64,000 bases of DNA. Source: Camelus ferus. Its lineage: Eukaryota. The stretch is from positions 101,682,001-101,746,000 of the forward strand of contig NC_045696.1 in assembly GCF_009834535.1 (NCBI RefSeq). Reading direction: 5' to 3'. This document shows, piece by piece, positions 24,903-37,084 of the stretch (the first letter of the stretch is position 1; every line of letters starts with the position of its first letter). The notes under the pieces are model-generated. The model saw only the letters and a program-made list of their open reading frames with translations, ran no database searches and was not told the DNA's origin. Position numbers and translations under genes: made by a program.

Positions 24903-25320
24903 TGTGTTAAAGGATCCTGGGTCCAGGCATAATTTCTCTTCCCTATGTTAAATAGCAATGAGAACAAGCATAAAATAACTCAGCTAATTGCTTGAGGATA
25001 CTTACTCTTAAAGACAAGACTTCAGAACCAACTAAATAGCTTACTTATCAAGACTAACAGCTTTGATGCTATAGCCTTGACATAGCTATCTACCCAAAAT
25101 TATTACGTGATAAACTCCGTCTAATCTCAGCCAGTTTCTTGCTTTATAAGACCCATCTTAAAAATTACTCAGCCCAGGACCTAAAACCCTGTAAATATCC
25201 TCCCTGGCTTCCCCTTTGGAGACACTGCTAAGATTATCAAGGCGGTTTTCTCCTTTACTGCAGATTCTAATAAACTTGGCAAGATTGATCAACAGGTTTT
25301 TCATGTTATCTTCTAGTGCT
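24903..25320 (+). mobile_element. ERV-type solo LTR (approximate ends)
   Basis: TG start, TATA-like 'ccctgtaaatatcc', then 'ggagacactgctaag' and 'aataaacttggc' near the 3' end. Confidence 0.6.
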
Positions 25321-27089
25321 GAAGGTCCAGAATGAGTTGGGGAAAGGGGGGAAAAAGCAGAGAGAGTCTTATGGAAGATTACTATCCTATCTCTATTACT
25401 GTAAAGTTTTTAGAATCGTAGTACGAGATGTTGGTAGAATGAGTCCTAGATTAAAATTTTCAAAATGCTTAGTCTATGGCAAACTCACAAACTTAAACCT
25501 CTCAGTGCCTCAAGCTCTTTTTCGACTAAATAATGTAAAAGTAAAAAATTAAACTCTGGTCCACCTTCAAAAATATGAAATAATTTATGTAAAACACTGA
25601 GTAGCTGGAGGGGAAAACTGATCTTTATGAAGTAAAGGAACTGTACTATTTTCTGATTCGAGTGGAACTTATAGCTCACATTGAACCATGTATCCCTTTG
25701 AAGTACAAGATGAGATTTTCTGATTCCTCAGGAAATGCCTTGAAACCAATTATGTTTTATATGAATTTAGATTCTATCAAAATAGGTGACAGAACTAGCA
25801 TCTGGGTGTTAATTTTCCTTCAAATAGTAGGAAATAGATAACGATCCCAGAGCCAGCAGGGTCTTAAAAATAGACATAATCCTAAATTACAAAGAAGAAT
25901 GGTAAGGAGTGCAAACATTGGCAGAAAACCATAGAGCACTTTATTCAGGTTATGCAAATTTTATTTCAAAATATTAATTTTTTCAAAAAACACCCATGCT
26001 TGCTATCATAGACATATTAAAGTTTTGCTGACTTTGAAATGCAAAGATATCTTTGTTCAAAAGGAGAGGAAATAGCTACACTTCTCTCTGGTTTGAATTT
26101 TTTTTTTCAGTATTTCTCATCAACTATTTGTAATTTGCTTATACATTGCATGGACCAGGTGCTACCCAAACCAGTATAAACCTTTTCAATGAAAGCACAA
26201 TGGTTATTCAGAAAATGAGGGCCTATAAGCAGTGTGTTGTGGTATATCATCTTGCAAAATCTAAATATAGTGCCAGGTCAACTCCTGTAGGTCACTGAAT
26301 AGAACTGCCGGCAAATCCAGACAATTACTTTTTTGTATTTTTCCCCTTGAACATTTCCACCACCTGTCTTCATGTCTGACCTCTCCAGTCATTTCAAAGC
26401 AGTTCACAAAAGGAAGAAGGAAAAAAACCTGGCAAGCCCATATGCCAAACTAAATCATATCCAAGAGACCAAATGCCTTCTGAATCCAAGAAATGGCTAT
26501 TTATAGACCTGTAATTAGTGATTAAACCCCCAGGGAGCATTTTGTTTTCCTTTTAACCTTAAATTCTTCTCAGCTTCTATGTATTCTCATTCTAAATGCA
26601 GTGCTACACAGCTCTGCCATTTATTAAGAAACAACCTAGTAATTATTGTGGGAAGTGTGCTCTCCACAGTATGTCTAGTTTGCCCCATATTTTTAGTGGC
26701 CAATTATTCTTTAAGATAAGATCAGAGCCTAAATTTCCATGGTCAACCATCAGAAAACTCAGCAAGGTAAAAATTAGGAGATACATTAAAAGTGAAAAGC
26801 AATTTTTCATTAGTAGCCATATTTCTGATAATTTAAGCTGAAATAGTGATATGTAAGAAATGGATGTTCAAGTAGGAAAAAGAGAGCGGAGCTCACTACA
26901 TTACTATTTAATAACTGAGAAGTGAGTAATGTTAGATTAGAAGTATGCTTATCTATTATTACTTGTTCTGAATATTTAACTACCTGAAGGACTATATATT
27001 TGCTTAATTAAAATTTGCCCAATGTAAACAGACACTTCACTTCTAGCATTGAAAAATCAAGATGAGCAAACAAAAAATTGATTAAAGAT

Positions 27090-27795
27090 CCCAGGCAAAG
27101 AATTCCAAAAAAACTTACGCAGATACTCTGTCCTCAAGGAGGGGGAGGGGAGCATAAAGTCACACTGCTTAAGTATGGGATGCACCTAGTGACTTGTTCC
27201 AAAGAGCGCAGGATGGAAAGGGGGAACGAGAGAGTGACTTTAAATAGAGAAACTTGACAAGCACCATCTCAGCCAGGTGACCAATGTTAGTATCAAGTGA
27301 TAACTCACGCTGACTGTAAGTTACCCTCAATACTTTGTGATGAGAATGGCACTTCACTCCTGGATATTACTCCCCCAAGCGCACAATCCAGTCTAATCAT
27401 GAGAAAAACGCCAAATTCCACTAGAGGGGAGGCCTGCAAAACACCTGACCAGTATCCCTCAAATCCATTAAGGTCATTGAAGACAATGAAAGTCCGAAAA
27501 CCTGTCAACCAAGAGGACTCTAAAGAGACATGACAACTAAGTGTCATGAGGTATCTTGGATGGAATCCTGGAACAGATAAAGGACAAGAAGTAAAAACTA
27601 AGGAAATCGGAACAAAGCACGGACTTTGGCTAATAATAAATCAATATTGGTTCATTAATTAATGAAGGTACCATAGTAATATGTTAATAATAGGGAAATC
27701 TATAGGGTATGAAGGTACTCTCTGAACTACTTTCTCAATTTTTCTGTAAATCTAAAAATGTTGTAAAAGATAAAGTATATTTTAAATAATAATAA
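27090..27795 (+). mobile_element. L1MC-type 3' UTR
   Basis: 'aatccagtctaatcatgagaaaa...agagacatgacaactaagtgtcatg...ggaatcctggaacagataaaggaca...ttttctgtaaatctaaaa'. Confidence 0.85.
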
Positions 27796-28064
27796 TAATA
27801 ATACACATGAGCACATCTAGTACCAAGATCTTGGTTTCTGGCACCAAAGGCTCCTTGAAGAAATGGCTGATTTTTGGACTGGGGCAGGGAATAAAATCTC
27901 AAGCATCCGAGAGTAAGAAAGCACTCCAAAAAAAAAAATCTACTATGATAAGTATATGCCAGAAAGATAGAAGAATCAACTAAAAGAGCTCCTAATGGCC
28001 AAAGCTGGAAAAAAATGAATGATTTAGCTTTTGCCACTAATACAAGGGGGAAGGAAAATAATAC

Positions 28065-28310
28065 TGATTGCAGGCTGCTTATGAGCCAGGCACTGTGTTA
28101 AATGCTGAGCATTCACGCCACATTTAATCCAAGGAACCACTCTGTGAAGTAGAGTGATTATCTCAGCTTCACAAATGAGGAAATTGCAGGTCAACAAATT
28201 TAGTTACTTTGCCCAAGGTCACACAGGTCTCAAGGATAAAACCAGGTTTTGAATCCTGGGGTGGCCTAGCTCCTGAGTCCACTCTTTTTTTCACTATCCA
28301 ATGCTGCCTC
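28065..28310 (-). mobile_element. MIR SINE
   Basis: 'atgagccaggcactgtgttaaatgct...acaaatgaggaaattg...ttgcccaaggtcacacag'. Confidence 0.85.
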
Positions 28311-30960
28311 TAATTCAGATTCAGTCTTCATCTGGTCATGAAGCTTAATCCTAACTTATGTTTCTTGTGAATATCCATAAAAGAGTTTAAAAAATTGGAT
28401 GGGAGAGAGACGGCTTATATTAGAATTTATTATGATTATTTCTTTAGTGACTATGATGAACAAATTCACATACACACACACACACAAACACAATGCTGCA
28501 AAGCTGAGGAAATGATAAAGATATCCATTCTGAGCACTGTTCTTAGAACTTTAATTTGCATCCCAGCAGTGGCATCTAATACTTAGTCTGCCCCTTAAAG
28601 AGCCCAGTGTTTCTGCTTCATTTCTGCTTACTTAGCCTCCAGGAGAACTAGTTTCTACTACAAATTGATGAGTAAACAGCTGATAGAGTCTCAGCGTGAC
28701 CTCATCAGAGGAAAGAAACCAGCATACTTGGTAAGGCTGCTCCCATCAAGCTGTCACCCTGGAAAGGCCAAAAGGGACCTAGTTAAACAGAGCATCACCA
28801 GGGAATGGCTTGATGCATGGAAAAAGCACAACGCAGCATAGCACACATACTGCCCATGTGCAGGTTGCATCACTCTCCACACAGCTCCACTTCCATCTTC
28901 ACTCCCTGACCCCACCAGCCACATGATGGGCTGCTCGGTTACCCTGTCACGCAAAGCCTCAATATCCAGACACTGATGCAGTGACTGGTCACTACTGTGT
29001 TAAATCAGTACATTGGTTTTGTTGAAGTTTATTTCTTCTTTCTGGATAAGTAACTCACACTGGTTGTTTTGGACTGTAGGAGTTTTATTTACATATTTTC
29101 TTCCTTCAGCCTCTTTACTTAGTGGTCGATTCCAACAACACTTTCAAATTCTGACTTGAACATTGTCTCAGGAATTGTGTAGCCTGGAAAGTTAAATCCT
29201 AGACAATAATCAGGTCTATGAAGTATCTCATAATATATTTTTCTGACTTTATGAATGCATCCTTTCCGATCCCTTTTTTCTTCCAAATCATATTCTCTCA
29301 TTATTGAATTAGTCACTTTTATGTGCAGGTCATTTTCATTACGCTTTTGTAGACAAACTTTTTAAATCTTGTTAGAATCCAACGATGTTATTTTCTTTTC
29401 TTTGCATATACAAGCCCTAAATCATTGAAGGATACACTAAGAGGTTGAAAACCATCTGGCACCAATAAAGGTAGAAATAATTTTATTACACTGAGAAGGC
29501 ATCTGAGATCTTCCAAATTGGACTTCTAGACTCTGGGAAAGTTTTATGAGGCCACAGCTCAGATCCAAAAGGTTTGATGTACAGTAAACGAACTCGAGTT
29601 TCTCTGTCAAAGAAAGAAACTGCCATTCAGGATGATTTGTTGGGGCTAGGGGGAGGGGGATAGTATTAACTTTATTTAGTTAATCTAATCTTTATTAGAT
29701 CACTAATCTTTCTGTAAATAAATTACGAAACAATTTTAAATATTTTTGTTTCTTATAGACAAAAACGGATGGCTAACTTCCAAATAAAATGCATATTTTG
29801 CCTGCCTTAGAGAACCTAACAACAATATGAGTGACAGAATTTTAAGCAGAATTTGAAAAATATTATTTCTAATATTTTCCCACAGTTAACAGTCTGGGGA
29901 CATTTTCTCTTATTAGATAACCAAGAAGCTAACCCTGCATAACATTCTGGCAATTTGCTTCTCTGGACAAGGGTGGGAAAAGCAAGTATTCAAACTCTGG
30001 GAAAAGCCATGTCTAAGGAAACCCCCATGTTTACCCTTCTTTGAGGAAACTGCGTGAGTGCAGAGTTCTTCACGTATAAGCAGGCGCCATGCAGACAGAG
30101 CTTTCAGAGAAGGGGTGTCAAAAGCCCCTCCTCAGGGAATGCCTGAGGTAGTCACTTGCTTATTAGACTTCTCTGGTAATTAGATGTCTGTGTAACTGCC
30201 CAAAGCCATGTGTTACCAGGAAGAATGAAATCCCTGGGAATTTATCCCCTGGATTTAACGTCTGGCAGACAGAAATGACCAGAAAGAGAGAGGGGGTTGA
30301 GGAAAGGGCAGAACCAGTTGTAGAAAGAATGGGACAAAGATTCTCTCACCTAAAAAAAAATTAAAAATCGAAATTTAGAACCCAGTGTTCCTAATTAAAT
30401 TTGGATTATTGAAAAGACATGCCCTTTCCCCTCACAAACTGTTTTAGAAAGTATTAAGCATAATGCTAAAGAAGAGATTTGGGGGTCCAAACCATTGAAC
30501 AAACAGCACCCTTTTTAATACGAGCCTGGCTCCCAGTACTGAAAAACCTGGGAAATGTACACACTGGGTCTAACCATAGTTAATACTGGATTTTATACAA
30601 ATGAGGGCAGAATAAATAGCCAAACTGCACCATAGATATAATTGTATATTTGAATCTCATATAAGAGATCTTCTATAAGCTCTTAGAGAACCCATCTAGA
30701 AGGATTAAAAAAAAAAAGATTAAGATTTGGTCCTTTTTCATCAAGGAGTGTGTTGTCTGGTAGGGTAATAAAGAAAGCACATTTTATTATTAAAGCAGTA
30801 ATATGGACTCAGGGAAGGATGGAGCCGCCCATGTCATTAGGACTAAGAGCAGGTGTTTTATTGATGAAGCATATTTGAAATAAGCTATGGAGGAGAAAGA
30901 GCACTGAGTTTTGATAGGTGGAGACAGGGAGTCCAGGCAAAGGGGCAATGGTTAAAAATT

Positions 30961-30991
30961 AATAATAATAATGATAATGATAATGATGATG

Positions 30992-31056
<65 letters not shown>
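30961..31056. repeat. Compound (AAT)n/(GAT)n microsatellite
   Basis: Directly visible. It generates the poly-Ile and poly-Leu ORFs in the track. Confidence 0.98.
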
Positions 31057-31057
<1 letters not shown>

Positions 31058-31093
31058 GTGAGTTTTGGATACACGGAATTGGCAATTTGTTTA

Positions 31094-31167
31094 GAGCAAT
31101 GTTATCAAAGTGTGGTTCCTGGACCCACTTCAGCATTGTATGGAAACTTGTTAAAAATGTAAATTCT
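31094..31167. mobile_element. MER5A half element
   Basis: 'gcaatgttatcaaagtgtggttcctggacc...cagcatt...ggaaacttgttaaaaatgtaaattct'. Confidence 0.75.
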
Positions 31168-31815
31168 TCCAAGGAAGATATTCAAATGGCCAACAAATAC
31201 TGAAAAGATGCTCAATATCACTAATTATTAGGGAAATGCAAATAAAAACTACAATGAAATATCGCCTCACACCTGTTAGACTGGCTATGATGAAAAAGAC
31301 AAAAGATAACAAGTGTTGGCAAGTTGGTGGAGATAAAAGAATCCTTGTGCAGTGCTGGTGGGAATATAAATTGGTGCAGTCACTATGAAAACAGTGTGCA
31401 GGTTCCTCAAAAAATTAAAACTAGAACTGCCATGTGATCTAACAGTTCCACTTCTGGGTATATAGCCAAAGGAAATGAAATCACTATCTCAAAAACATAT
31501 CTGCACCCCATATTAATTGCAGCATTATTTACAATAGCCAAGACATGGAAACAACCTAAGTGTCCATCAATGGATGAACAGATAAAGCAAACATGGTGTA
31601 TATGTTAACAGTGGAATATTATTCAGCCATAAAATAAAAGGAAATCCTGCCATTTGTGACAACATGGATGGATTTTGAGATTTTATGCTAAGAGAAATAA
31701 ATTAGAGAAAGACAGATATTTCATGATCTCACTTATATGTGGAATCTAAAAAAATCAAACTCATAGAAACAAAAAATAGACTGGTGGTTTCCAGAGGCCA
31801 GAGGGAGGGGGGAAG
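31168..31815 (+). mobile_element. L1 (L1MA/MB-like) ORF2 C-terminus and 3' UTR
   Basis: 'aaggaagatattcaaatggccaac...aaagatgctcaatatcactaattattagggaaatgcaaat...caacctaagtgtccatcaatggatgaa'. Confidence 0.95.
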
Positions 31816-32344
31816 GATCATTTAGTCTTCTCCAGTAATGGTTTCTATTCCTGTTTTCTTATTTTAACTCTCCTGTTTCATAAACATGTTACTTTTATAG
31901 GGAAATTCAGATTCTTTTTTGAGGTAGCTGGAATCAAACGCATATAAAATATCATAAATATTTCTAATTTGGAAACAACAAATGGAAAGCTGATTATTTC
32001 ATAGCCGATTGCATTGTAATTAAGGGATATAAGTACTCAGAGACTAAAAAATTTTAGCTATTTTTAAAATAACTTAATGTATGGACTGTAAAAATACGTA
32101 TTGATATGAGTCAAAAGTATTGATACTCTGACATTCAGTGTCTAATTGCAGTAATTTACCCACATTTTCTGGGATGGAAATCAATAAAACATTGCTTGCA
32201 CCCTCAGCTAGCAAGTTGATACTAAAAGAATATACCAACTACATAGACAGTGTGTTATAGTTAGAGAGAGGAGGGCAATGTGGAGTAGGGGTTAAGAGTT
32301 TCAGCTATGAGCTTGAAGGGGCTCTCACTGATCTCACCTGGGAC

Positions 32345-33320
32345 ATTTTAGGATCTAAATAAATAATAATAGTGATGGAAATTAAATAATATAGAAATCC
32401 ATGAGTTCAAAGCTACAATGGGGAGGGTATAGCTCAAGTGGTAGAGTGCATGTTCAGCACACAAGAGGTCCTGGGTTCAATCCCCAGTACTTCCTTCAAG
32501 CAGAAATCAATGAATAAACCTAATTACCTCCCCCTCATAAAAAAACAAAACAATACAAAAAAAAAAAGCTACAAAAATGAATTTTAAAATTAATTAATTA
32601 ATTAAAAGTTTGATAAGAAAGAATACTTCAGAGTCTTAAATAATCTTTGCAAAAACTACTTACTAATTTGCAGAAGAAAAGAATAATTTTATGGTGGAGA
32701 AACCTGGAAGACACCACCTTAATCAAGTGATCAAAGTGAAGATCATCAGACGAGACAATTCAAAATCACGCACCACTTGATAGTATGCACTGAGAAGAAT
32801 ACAGTACCATATCTGAGAGAGCCCCATCAAAGATGCCTGAATCTCATCATTAAAAAAAAAAAAAAAGACAAGTTTAAATTGAGGAGTGGTCTACAAAATA
32901 ACTGACCTGCCATTCTTCAAACCTTAAAGTCATGAAACCCAAAGAAAGACTGAGAAACTGTTCCAGACTGAAAGAGACGAAGAGACATGACAACTAGGTG
33001 GACCACATGAGTCTGAAGTGGATCCTTTTGCCATAACTGCATTATTGGGACGACTGAAGAACCTGAATGGGATCTCAGCATTAAGTGTCAACAATACGTC
33101 GATGTTAACTTCCTGAATTTGATGGCTGTATTAAGGCTATATGTGAGAATGTTCTTGACTGTGGTATTTATATACTAAGATGTTTGGAGGTGATGAAGTG
33201 TCAGGTTGGCAACTCACCCCTGAAGAGTCCTGCAAAAACAAAGTTCTTTTACTGTACTTGGATCTTTTTGGTAAGTTTGAGCATTTTCCCAAATACAAAT
33301 TACTAATAAAAATATAAAAC
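32345..33320 (+). mobile_element. L1MC-type 3' UTR hosting a young SINE
   Basis: 'gtggagaaacctggaagacaccaccttaatcaagtgatcaaagt...aaagactgagaaactgttccagactgaaagagac...agagacatgacaacta'. Confidence 0.85.
32420..32564 (+). mobile_element. tRNA-derived SINE, camelid Vic-1-like
   Basis: 'ggggagggtatagctcaagtggtagagtgcatg...gaggtcctgggttcaatccccagtac' carries Pol III A and B boxes. It is followed by 'aaacctaattacctcccc', an A tail, and TSD AAAGCTACAA (32409-32418 and 32565-32574). Confidence 0.9.
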
Positions 33321-33839
33321 AAAAAGTTTTGGGCTTGGAAAGAACTGCACTGCTTGCCAGTGCTTGAAATCCAGTGTAAGATCACAAACTCAGTGTATAG
33401 TTCCAGATTTTTGGTTATGCCAGCCAGCCGGCAGCGGAAGAGGGTTCCAGTTGGGGAGTGGAGCAGAGCACCCAACAGCAATTTTCAGTCTTACCCAACA
33501 AGGCAAAGTGCCTGGAGGGTGAAGAGTCAGTCCCAGGGCAGGTCAAGGAGGAATCAGAGCTCTGCCCCTGTTCAGCAATGATTCCTGGAGTTTAAGGAAA
33601 ACTTAGGTGTAGGAGCAAAACAGAAGCCCAGCTAGCCCAACAAGATAGAGAACCAGACACAAAGTAATGTTCAGAAGAGGAACACAAATGATGAGCCTCC
33701 GAGTCCCAGAGCATACCTTCATCTCTCTCCCTCTATTCATTCAATAGCAAAAAACTAGGGGAGAAACTTAAATGTCCACAAATGGGTGACTGGGTAAATA
33801 AATTGTAATACAGCTATACAATGAAATATTTCCCAACTA

Positions 33840-34040
33840 GAGTTGACCTTTCACTAACACAGGTTTAAACTGCATGGGTGCACTTACACGAGGATGTTTT
33901 TCAATAGTAAATACTGTAGTACTATGCAATCCACGGATGCAGAACCTCAGATATGGAGGACCAGCTATAAGTTATACTTGAATTTTCAACTGCACAGAGT
34001 CTCAGGACCCCTAACCGTGGCATTGTTCAAGGGTCAACTG
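33840..34040. mobile_element. Tigger2-family MITE (TcMar-Tigger)
   Basis: TIRs 'gagttgaccttt..taaca' and 'tgttcaagggtcaactg', flanked by TA on both sides (33838-33839 and 34041-34042). Confidence 0.9.
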
Positions 34041-35156
34041 TATTTAAAAGATATGGCTTATGTATGTGTTCCAACTGTAAATCCACAAGAGCAGGCAATT
34101 TGTCTGCTCTAGTGTTTGCTACTCTATCCCTGGAACCTGAAAAGTGTGGCACGTAGCAGCTGTTCAATAACTATTTGGTGAATATAGAAAGGAATGAATA
34201 TTAATTAAAAATAAAAACAGGTTGCAAAATGGTATGAATAGTCCAATCTCATCTAAGATTTACCTGGATGGCTCAGTCCTCTAGTGTTTATCCTTTTCCT
34301 TTAAATACTCAAACCTAATAATTCTAGCACTAATTATTTAACATTTTTGGTGGGGAGGAAACATTTCTAAAGGAGAAAAGGCTTACAGTCTCCTAGAGGT
34401 TGCCTGCGACTTCTCATTTCAATTTCCCGCTTGTTTTTTTCTCAGCTCTCACCCCAGACCTCTCTGGCCTCTTCCCCCGACCCCTTGGCCACCAGCATGG
34501 ACTGTCTTTTATTTCTTCTATCACCATTTATCAAAGGCTGTTTCATGCAGTACATTTTAACTGAAGATCTGTGAACAGTAGAGGGTTATTTCAGCTTAGT
34601 ACAGAGAACAATGTAAAAACGAACATTACATATCACTAACACTCCTGAACTCACAGGGCATCCTTTGACGAGGAACCTTCTTTCCCATGCCTGTGGGCTT
34701 CCTACTCCCCAGCACCCCATGAGTCCGCCTCACTAGCTCATTACCACCTGGACCTACCCTCACACCTTTCATTCTCCCACATCCAAGGCTTTCTCCATTA
34801 TATACCCCACACTCACTCTCATGCAGCTCTGGAAATAGTGAAAATGACGATTGCTTTACTAGACCCAGTAATTTTGGTCCCTTTTTGGTCTCAGGCTCTC
34901 TATCCAGCTGAGCCCTGAGTCTTTCCTTTTCCTTTTCACAGTCACTAAACACACCTATTTTTTTGTTGTTGTTATTGTTTTCTCCCACCAACATGCAGGT
35001 ACCTCCCCCAAACAATTTTCACCCTCCTGGATCAATGTGCTCAAAGTGAAGGCTATTTTGGAACTAGAAAATGTTCCAGCCTCACTATGCATAGATATAA
35101 TCAGGAAGAATATACACCAAAACATCAACAGTGGTTGTATCAGGCAGATGGGATAA

Positions 35157-36468
35157 CAGAGGTTGAAATCAAAAATACCTACAGAGCTAGGTAGGCAACA
35201 AAACCAAGGAAACCAAGCTGATGTAAGAAATATTTCTTCTAAAGAAGCAAAAACATAAAAAAATAATTTTTTTTTTAAATTAAAAAAAAAAAAGATGCAA
35301 AAACATTTGTGGGAGCATTCCTTTGCCAGATAGATCCCTGTTTTACTTTCAAAAAATGTGAATACTGGTATAATGTATTCAGGTTACCTCAATGCACAGA
35401 AGTTTCCCTAAAATTAATGCATACATGCTTGCTTCAAATTTTCATAATTAAGAACAGCCCACCCAAATCCTTAATTAGAGCCCAGAAGAGCCATATCTGG
35501 AGATTTTTATCAGACATCTGAGATTCAGGTATATATGTAAACTCCTCTGATTGTTAGCTTATGGTTCATTTAAATGAAAATATTAAAATGACAAATCACC
35601 CAATTGAAAAATTGGCAATAGACATTTCTCCAAAGAAGACATAAAAATGGCCATGAACATATGAAAATGTATCATTAACCATCAGGCAAAAACAAATTGA
35701 AACTGCAATGGGATTTCACTTTACACACACAAGGATGGCTAGAATCAAAAAGTCAGATAATAAATGGTGAGGATGTAAAGAAATTGAAACCCGTACACAC
35801 TGCTGGTGAAAATGTAAAATAGTGCTTTGGAAATAGTCTGGCAGTTTCTAAAATGCTTTAACATAGAGTTACCCCATGATCCAGCAATTGCCCTCCTATG
35901 TATACACGCAAGAGAAAAGAAAACAAAAATCCACACAGAAACTCACAAACAAATGTTTACAATAGCCAAAAAGTAGAAACTCCCCAAATATCTATTAAAA
36001 AATAAAAAATGTGTTATATCTATACAGTGGAATACAACTTGACAGTGAAAAGGAATGAAGTGCTGATATATGATACAATATAGAGGAACTTTGAAAACAT
36101 TATACTAAGAGAAAGAAGTCAGTCGCACCACATATTGTATGATTCCACTTATACAAAATGTCCAGAACAGGCAAATCTATAAAAACAAAAAGCAAATTAA
36201 TGGTTGCCAGGGGTTAGGGGTTTGGGGGAAAACAGGAGGTGACTACTTCTTTCTGAAGTAATGAAAATGTCCTAAAATTGATTGTGGTGATGGCTTCATG
36301 ACTGTGTGAATATACTAAAAGTCACTGAATTGTACATTATAAATGGGTGAATTGTATGGTATATGAACTATATCTCAACAAAATTGTTTTTAAAAAGTAC
36401 CAAGGAGGCAAAAAATACACAGGTAGGCCTGATGTCACCTTCAGACCCTCCAGTGTGGGATTTTGCTT
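35157..36468. mobile_element. hAT-like DNA element (about 35157-35580 and 36396-36468) split by an L1
   Basis: Left end 'cagaggttgaaatcaaaaatacctacagagctaggtagg' and right end 'gtaggcctgatgtcaccttcagaccctccagtgtggga'. Confidence 0.5.
35585..36396 (+). mobile_element. L1MB-like 3' end
   Basis: 'agacatttctccaaagaagacataaaaatggcc...catagagttaccccatgatccagcaattg...actgaattgtacattataaatgggtgaattgtatggtatatgaactatatctcaac'. Confidence 0.92.
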
Positions 36469-36507
36469 TATATTTCCTTACTTATTGAATGTTTCACAAT
36501 GAGTATT

Positions 36508-36897
36508 GTATCAGTGAGCTCTCACTGCCATGACAAAATACCATAGCAATAGTGGCTGAAAGGACAGAAATTTACCTCCCATCCTCTGGAGGCTGGAAAG
36601 GCCAGATCAAGGTGATGTAGATACCATTGTGCACCCTCTTCTCTTGGCTGGTAGGTAGCCACCATTCTCTGTGTGCTTATGTGACCTCTTCTTTGTATAA
36701 GTGAGAGGAGAGAGAGCAAGGAAGTTCCCTGGTGTCTCTTCTTATAAGGACACTAATACCATCTTAAGGCCCCACCCTCACAACTTCATCTAACCCTTAT
36801 TACTCACCAAAGGCCCCATCTCTAAATACTATCTCACTAGGGGTTAGGGCTTCAGCATGTGAATTTTGGGAGAACACAAACATTCAGTCCATACCAA
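36508..36897 (-). mobile_element. MaLR solo LTR (MLT1A0/B-like)
   Basis: 'tctggaggctggaaaggccagatcaagg...gtctcttcttataaggacactaat...ggggttagggcttcagcatgtgaattttgggagaacacaaacattcagtccata'. Confidence 0.9.
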
Positions 36898-36936
36898 GCA
36901 TGATTAATTACTCTGTAATTTTTAGAGCTCTGCTTT

Positions 36937-37084
36937 ACTTTTATTATTGAAGTATACAGTCAGTTACAATGTGTCAATTTCTGGTATACAACACAATGTC
37001 CCAATCATGCATATATATACATATATTTGTTTTCATATTCTTTTTCATTAAAGGTTATTACAACATATTGAATATAGTTCCCTG
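36937..37084 (-). mobile_element. Young 5'-truncated L1 3' end, 148 bp
   Basis: Perfect 15-bp TSD TTAGAGCTCTGCTTT (36922-36936 and 37085-37099). Body 'ttattgaagtatacagtcagttacaatgtgtcaatttctgg...attgaatatagttccctg'. Confidence 0.92.

Noticed and set aside
30885..31172. Poly-Leu and poly-Ile ORFs
   Set aside because: They are translations of the (AAT)n microsatellite.
32420..32495. Apparent tRNA gene (also at 49520)
   Set aside because: It has a SINE-specific tail, poly-A and TSDs, and the acceptor stem is degenerate, so it is a SINE.
27090..33320. Similar blocks at about 27380-27780 and 32830-33300 as a segmental duplication
   Set aside because: Both are independent L1MC-type 3' UTR copies, and the similarity does not extend into the flanks.
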